Shown here piece after piece: positions 58,334 to 64,000 of a stretch of 64,000 nt of DNA; within the stretch, counting starts at the first letter, position 1, and every line of letters starts with the position of its first letter. The stretch is from Monocercomonoides exilis PA203. Its lineage: Eukaryota > Protista > Preaxostyla. The position numbers and the translations under genes are program-made. The notes under the pieces were generated by a model. It was not told the origin of the DNA. It was given only the letters and a program-made list of their open reading frames with translations, and made no database searches. The DNA lies in contig LSRY02000011.1 of assembly GCA_001643675.2 (NCBI GenBank), positions 682,001 to 746,000 on the forward strand, written 5' to 3'.

Positions 58334-61300
58334 ATGGTGAAAATGCTGTTAATTTCAATAGCATTTCTTTTAGCTGAACGAAAAATTCTATGTCAGGATT
58401 TCTGCGAGTCTGCGGGATTTGAAGTTATCTGTACAAGGAACAATTTCAATAATGAGAAATTTTTTCCTGCACAAGGAAATAGATTTCCGAATGAAGGATT
58501 GAGAAGCAAAATCAGCGGCAATATTCATAGCGAATTGTCTTTTTCATCGCACAATAAAATCACGAATGAAAATGAGGCGTCAGAAAGGAAAACCTTCGAA
58601 AAAGAAAAATACATAGAAGGAGGATTAACTGAATGCAAAAAGGATTGCAACTTGAAGAATCAAAGGCAGATTATCGATAGGCGCTCAACAATTCTGAAGG
58701 AATTTAATTCAAAGGAAGGAGAATGTTTGATCAAAGGGTGCTTTGATTTGAAAAATGCTTCAGTTGGATGGAGTGGATTGGAATTTGTATCAGTGAATGG
58801 AAAGACTGCAATTTGTGGAATTGAAGGGAGCCGAGCCGCCTTTAGAGGATGCAGGGTTGCAATGAATTGCAGGGTGCCTCTATTTGAAACACATGGGGGT
58901 TGTGCGTTGCTGGAAAATATCACATTGCAATCATCAAATCCATTATCGAACGAAATTTCTCCGCTTTTCTCATCGAAAGGCACAACCAACAAGGCTTCTA
59001 ATAAAAGCCTTCTTTCTGTCCGTTTTTCGTGTTTTTCTACCTTTTGTGTCTCCTCAGCTCCTTTTCTGGCTTCTCCATTGATTGAGAGTATTTCACTTGC
59101 TGATCTGATATTCTTCAACATTTCAACAAAACCTTCAGATTGTTCATCTCCAACTGCTTCAATTTATAAAACTCAATGTTTTATGCAAAGTTGCTTATTC
59201 TCATCTGTTTGTGATGCATATGATGGTGGAATTCTTCCTTCACTCAGCAAATCCTTGACTTCTTTGGCTGCCTCAAACACTTCATTCATTGGATGTTGTC
59301 GAACAAGAAATGTTGAACACATCGGAACAGAAGAGGAAAAGAAACATCCAGGGAGAATGAATGAAACAGACAATGGTGCAAATACATTCACATGGTGTGA
59401 ATGGATTGGATCAAATACAACAGGAACAGATTTAGTAATTGAAGACGGGCAATCTTGTGGAGGGGCAATATGTATGTATGGTCGTCCAAATGGAGAACTT
59501 TTTGTTTCACATTGTAAATTTAATGATTGCACTGCCCATTATGATGGAGGTGGAATATTGTGCGCAAGTGTGAAATCGTTTAAGATCGAGAACAATACAT
59601 TCAATTCATGCTCAACAGAAGTGAATGTCGGAGGAGCGATTTGTGCTTTGTCAATAACAGCATGCGTTCGCATCAGAGGATGCGAATTCGAAAAATGCAA
59701 AGCAAAAACCCACGGAGGAGGGCTTTATCTTGAAAATTTTTTAATTTTAGGAACAGGATGCATTGAAGCGGAAGATGGAGAAGGGAAGAGTGCGTGTGTA
59801 TTTGACTGCAGTTTCTCTTCGTGCTCAATTGATAGCAAATGGGGAGGAGGAATGAATTGTCGTAATGTACCTGTCCAATTCAAAATGAGGAGCATCCAGT
59901 TCATTTCGTGTAAAGCTTCGTCATATGGAGGAGGATTGCATCTTTCACCAAATCAGTCATCATCGCAAAGCGATTCATATTATTGTTATTTTTTGTTCTT
60001 CCATGAATGCAAATGCTCAGCCAATCCTCCTTATGGGCATGATGTGATGTATTATGATCGCTACAATTTTTATTTATCTTCAAACAATCCGTTCTATGAA
60101 TGCTATACTACAAACACTAACGATACAAGAGTTTGTTATGCGTATAATTACTCGAATGCAAGTGATTGGACGTATGATCAAACAACAAAAAAGGATTGGC
60201 TGAAACGAGGGATAGTTAATCGGTTTGTAGCAGTGAGTGGAGGAAATGAAGAGGATTTGTGCGGAATTGATGAATCAAGTGCATGCAGAACCATTGGTGT
60301 TGCAGTCAGTCGGAGCGTGATGCAGTTGAGCTTGTCCGTCACGCTGATGGAAGGGAATTACGCAAGCGAAGCGACAACTATTGAGATTGGATCAAAAAAG
60401 ATTTCAGTCATTGGGAAAGGAAGGGAAGAAAGTTCGATTGGAACAGGGGCACTTTCTGCTCCATCTTCGTCGGGAGCACTGTTCAGCATGACGGAAGGTT
60501 ATTTGAGAATGAAATACTTGAACGTAGACTGCAACTCAACAGCAGATTCTTCGCCAAGCGTGGTTGTGGTATCTGATGGAAGTGGGACTCTCTCATTGGA
60601 GGATGTTGTGATCACTACGAGTGTTTCTTCAGGAAATGTGATTTCTTCGTCAGTGTTTGTGGTGTCACTCTCGCAGCTGTCGATGGTTGATGTGGAGATC
60701 ATAAATATGAATGTGTCAAAACCCTTGTTCTCTGAGCCAGATCTTCCATCTTTTTCATTATCTTCATCTTCACTTTTTTCTGCGGGCGCAGAATCAACAG
60801 GGAGCATTCTAGTAAATATGAATGTGAAAAATGTGAAGTTGACGAATGGAGATGGAGTGGCTGTGGCAAAGAGTGTGAAGGAAGGGGAGACATTTGTGGT
60901 CAAGAATGTAACAATCGAAGATTGTGAGTGCGAGGATGGAAGTGGTAGTGGGATAAAGATTGATTTATCATCGTCTTCAAGCAAGTTGCGAGCAGGAACT
61001 TCATCAACACCAGAAGGCGAAGCAACAAAATTCAACAGATGCAAGTGCAGTGGATATGGAGGAGGGATAATGCTGCATTTGGATGAAAATTCATTTGACT
61101 TTTCAATATGTTCAGTTAACTTTGAGGGATGTACAGCAAAATCTGGCGGAAATTATCTGTTTGTGAATGGAAGCGAGCTTGCAATCGGGACAATTTCTAC
61201 AGCAAATCTGAATATTCAGCGAAACACAATAGCATTCAACGAGCTGGTGGGATTCGACAGAAGTGATCCAACACTGGGGCTATTTCCGCTGAATGTGTAT

Positions 61301-64000
61301 TTGGATGAAATAGATGGATCAGCACATGTTGGAAAGGAGAAAGAGAATGGGCTAGGAGGATGCAACTCGCTCTTTTGTGGACTTGATTATTATCCGTGTG
61401 CAACCATCACTCACGCAGCTAAAGTGCGTTATCCAGAAGCAAACAAGAACATCGAATTGGATTCAGGATTTGAGCTTGCGGAAGAGGTTGCAATGATTGG
61501 TGAATATGAATGGAAGGTGTTTTGTATCACAAAAGGGATGAAAGTGATCGTGAAAACTCCAGATAATTTGGAATCCGAGTTCTTGATTGAGGTGCAGAGC
61601 GCATGCAAAATGGAAAACATCAGCTTTTCGCTTCAAACAGATCTTGAAGGGGTAACATCACTGATTTCAGCCAACTCAACACTCCTCACACTTACAGACT
61701 GTTCTGTTTGTTGCTCCTCAGAGAATGCAGAAGGTGATGCAATTGGATACAGCTTTATCAGGGCAATTGGAAGAAAGCTGAAAATGGAAGGGTTTGTGAT
61801 TGAAGAAAGTTTAATGTTTGGAGTTCACTCATTGGTTGAGTTTGCAAGTGGGGTGGATGCTGTGGTGTGTATGGGATGCAATGTGAGCAACATTGAAAAG
61901 AGAAATGAAGATGGAGGATGGATGGACGGGGAAGTTGGGGCAGAAAGAGGTGAGGGAAAGAATGGGATAATTGTGATTGAAGGATGCAATATCAAAGGGT
62001 GCAGCTGCTGTGGAAGAGGAGGGGGGATACATGCAAGTGTGAAAGGAGAAGGAAGTGTGGTTGTGAATGGGATGAGTGTGATTGATGGATGTGAAGCGAA
62101 TGGTTTGGGAGAAAGAGAAGGGAGAGGCGGAGGAATGATGGTTGAGATGGGGAGCAGAGATTGTGGATTGAAAATAGAGAGTGGTGTGAAGTTTTCAGTT
62201 GATGCAGATAATGCTGCAATGTTTGGGAAGGATGTGTTTGTTTGTTGCAACTCAGGGATATTGCTTGAGTCAAAAGTGAATGCAACTTCATTTGGATTTT
62301 TTGATGCAAGAGCCATTCCAACAGATGTTTTGGAGCTGAGTGGGAGTGAGAATGGGAATGAAGACGAAGTGATTCCGCTGTTTGTGTATTTGTGTTCAAT
62401 GGGATCAAAGCTGATTGTTGATGGGAGTGGAGAATGGTCATTGGATCACAGCCGATGTGGATTCGAGAAGTTTGGGTGTCTGACGATTGACTATTGCATA
62501 AGTGAGAGAGCGAACATAAGCATTCATATAATCGAAGTTGTTTCTGAATCATCAATTAAAAGTGAAGTGAAAGTGGCTTCAAGTGATGTGTGCCTATCAG
62601 GGAAAATAGAATCAGTGGAAGAAGAGAAGATGAGAGTGGAGGTGAGTGATGAAGGATCAGCAAACCAAGAAAGGTTTATTGAGTGCACAAGTTCGCTTTC
62701 AGTCAGCTATATCACTTTTTCTGTGGATTCTCCTCTGAAAAACGCAAGAAAGGCACTTATTTATTCATCGCTGTCAACACTCACAATCGCAAACTGCTCC
62801 ATTTCATTTGCAGAAGAGGCACTGACAAGTGGGATGATAGGATACAGCATTATTGACATTAAAGGAGGAGAGCTGATTGTTGATGTGTTTGTGATGGAAG
62901 AGAAAGTGAAGATTGTAATGAATGGCATATCACCAATAACGATGAAAAATGGAACGGAACTGGATATAAAGAACATCAGTGTGAGTGGAGTGGAAGTGGC
63001 AGGTGGGAGTGGAGGAGGATGCTTGAACGTGGAAATCAAAGAAGGGGGGAATGCGAATATTGAAGGATGCAATTTGTCATCAAGATGCTCAGGGGGGAGT
63101 GGGATGAAAGGAGGAGGGGTGATGATATCTGTTGGAGAGAGAGGAAGTTTGGAGATAAAAAACGTGAAGTTTGATGGATGTGAAGTGCCATCAACGGATA
63201 AAGAGGAAGGAGGAAGAGGAATTGGAGGAGGGACATTTGTGAGATTTGCAGAAGAAATGGGATCAACTGTGCTTGAAGGAATGATATTCGAAGGATGCAA
63301 TGCCTGGAAAGGGAAGAATGTGTTTGTTTCAGGATGGGATCTGAGAGAGATAATGCCAAACGAACAACTGAAATGGGAGATAACTGAAGAGAAGTTGGAT
63401 TTATTGGATGAGTTGTGTGGATGGGAGAGGAAGACAACAGGAGAGGGATATGTGATTCCGCTTGTTGTGTATTTGTGGAGCAACTGGAGTGGGGATGGAT
63501 TTGTTTCGAAAGAGAAAGGAGGAGACTTCAGTGGGTGTGGATTTTCAGAAGCACCATGTTCATCAATTGATCATCTTGTTTCATTGAGATACGCAACACT
63601 TGAAACAGAAGAATCAAAGATCATTGTGTCTGATTCAGGATTGCTTCGAAGTTCAATATTATTCTCTTCTTCATCATTATCATTAAACACACCAGTTGTG
63701 AAGATTGAAGGGGAGATAAATGGAACAGTTTTGAGGATTGAAGAAGAAAAGGAAACAGATGGAGAAAATGGAGAGGCAATGGTTGCTTCAGAAGTGATTC
63801 TCTCATTTGTGAATATTTCATTTTCTCTTCCAAATGTGCTTGTCCACCATCTGTCTTTCCTTAAATCATCATCAACGAATGGTACCCTTTCTGTGAAAAG
63901 CTGCTCATTTGTTTGTGAGGATCCCTCAAAAGAAACGGATTTCTGCTTGGTGAAAGTGGATGGAGGGAGTGTGGCAATTGAAGATTGTGCTCTGAAAGAA
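58334..64000 (+). CDS. Very large Cys-capped beta-helix surface protein (>=1889 aa, 3' end outside window)
   Basis: ATG at 58334 (MVKMLLISIAFLLAE). The frame matches at base 64000 and the track lists no closed ORF in this frame. GGAIC/GGGIL/GGGLY motifs and repeated caps DLCGIDESSACRTI, LFCGLDYYPCATI, SRCGFEKFGCLTI, SGCGFSEAPCSSI. Confidence 0.88.
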   Translation, partial: MVKMLLISIAFLLAERKILCQDFCESAGFEVICTRNNFNNEKFFPAQGNRFPNEGLRSKISGNIHSELSFSSHNKITNENEASERKTFEKEKYIEGGLTECKKDCNLKNQRQIIDRRSTILKEFNSKEGECLIKGCFDLKNASVGWSGLEFVSVNGKTAICGIEGSRAAFRGCRVAMNCRVPLFETHGGCALLENITLQSSNPLSNEISPLFSSKGTTNKASNKSLLSVRFSCFSTFCVSSAPFLASPLIESISLADLIFFNISTKPSDCSSPTASIYKTQCFMQSCLFSSVCDAYDGGILPSLSKSLTSLAASNTSFIGCCRTRNVEHIGTEEEKKHPGRMNETDNGANTFTWCEWIGSNTTGTDLVIEDGQSCGGAICMYGRPNGELFVSHCKFNDCTAHYDGGGILCASVKSFKIENNTFNSCSTEVNVGGAICALSITACVRIRGCEFEKCKAKTHGGGLYLENFLILGTGCIEAEDGEGKSACVFDCSFSSCSIDSKWGGGMNCRNVPVQFKMRSIQFISCKASSYGGGLHLSPNQSSSQSDSYYCYFLFFHECKCSANPPYGHDVMYYDRYNFYLSSNNPFYECYTTNTNDTRVCYAYNYSNASDWTYDQTTKKDWLKRGIVNRFVAVSGGNEEDLCGIDESSACRTIGVAVSRSVMQLSLSVTLMEGNYASEATTIEIGSKKISVIGKGREESSIGTGALSAPSSSGALFSMTEGYLRMKYLNVDCNSTADSSPSVVVVSDGSGTLSLEDVVITTSVSSGNVISSSVFVVSLSQLSMVDVEIINMNVSKPLFSEPDLPSFSLSSSSLFSAGAESTGSILVNMNVKNVKLTNGDGVAVAKSVKEGETFVVKNVTIEDCECEDGSGSGIKIDLSSSSSKLRAGTSSTPEGEATKFNRCKCSGYGGGIMLHLDENSFDFSICSVNFEGCTAKSGGNYLFVNGSELAIGTISTANLNIQRNTIAFNELVGFDRSDPTLGLFPLNVYLDEIDGSAHVGKEKENGLGGCNSLFCGLDYYPCATITHAAKVRYPEANKNIELDSGFELAEEVAMIGEYEWKVFCITKGMKVIVKTPDNLESEFLIEVQSACKMENISFSLQTDLEGVTSLISANSTLLTLTDCSVCCSSENAEGDAIGYSFIRAIGRKLKMEGFVIEESLMFGVHSLVEFASGVDAVVCMGCNVSNIEKRNEDGGWMDGEVGAERGEGKNGIIVIEGCNIKGCSCCGRGGGIHASVKGEGSVVVNGMSVIDGCEANGLGEREGRGGGMMVEMGSRDCGLKIESGVKFSVDADNAAMFGKDVFVCCNSGILLESKVNATSFGFFDARAIPTDVLELSGSENGNEDEVIPLFVYLCSMGSKLIVDGSGEWSLDHSRCGFEKFGCLTIDYCISERANISIHIIEVVSESSIKSEVKVASSDVCLSGKIESVEEEKMRVEVSDEGSANQERFIECTSSLSVSYITFSVDSPLKNARKALIYSSLSTLTIANCSISFAEEALTSGMIGYSIIDIKGGELIVDVFVMEEKVKIVMNGISPITMKNGTELDIKNISVSGVEVAGGSGGGCLNVEIKEGGNANIEGCNLSSRCSGGSGMKGGGVMISVGERGSLEIKNVKFDGCEVPSTDKEEGGRGIGGGTFVRFAEEMGSTVLEGMIFEGCNAWKGKNVFVSGWDLREIMPNEQLKWEITEEKLDLLDELCGWERKTTGEGYVIPLVVYLWSNWSGDGFVSKEKGGDFSGCGFSEAPCSSIDHLVSLRYATLETEESKIIVSDSGLLRSSILFSSSSLSLNTPVVKIEGEINGTVLRIEEEKETDGENGEAMVASEVILSFVNISFSLPNVLVHHLSFLKSSSTNGTLSVKSCSFVCEDPSKETDFCLVKVDGGSVAIEDCALKE

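Noticed and set aside
58660-63833. Series of minus-strand ORFs in the track
   Set aside because: Shadows of the unlisted plus-strand ORF starting at 58334.
1-64000. tRNA, rRNA or snRNA genes
   Set aside because: None recognised by eye. tRNAscan-SE and Infernal would be needed to exclude them.

Overview
Eukaryotic, AT-rich protist genomic DNA with short AT-rich spliceosomal introns, the standard genetic code, and poly-Ser/poly-Glu low-complexity proteins. The style most resembles an oxymonad such as Monocercomonoides (inference, no search run). Recognisable genes are a SAXO4/PPP1R32-like flagellar protein, a SMYD (SET+MYND) methyltransferase, a PKA-like kinase, an intracellular serpin, CEP104 and legumain, plus several large hypothetical proteins, one a ~2700-aa multi-TM/ARM-like/RGG protein. 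The ORF track missed two long ORFs that run off the window edges. One is a minus-strand gene (1465 to <1) built from at least 15 tandem 30-aa 'DxxGxTMAMxWI...EPPEWMRH' repeats, an ankyrin-derived scaffold with DARPin-like variable positions and the best candidate for something new. The other is a >1889-aa Cys-capped beta-helix surface protein (58334 to >64000). That surface-protein superfamily has two apparently intact and three decayed members here. A decayed Merlin (IS1595/ISXO2-like) transposon with TIRs and an apparent intron lies at about 45554-46900. All exon junctions were inferred by hand from frame continuity and splice signals.
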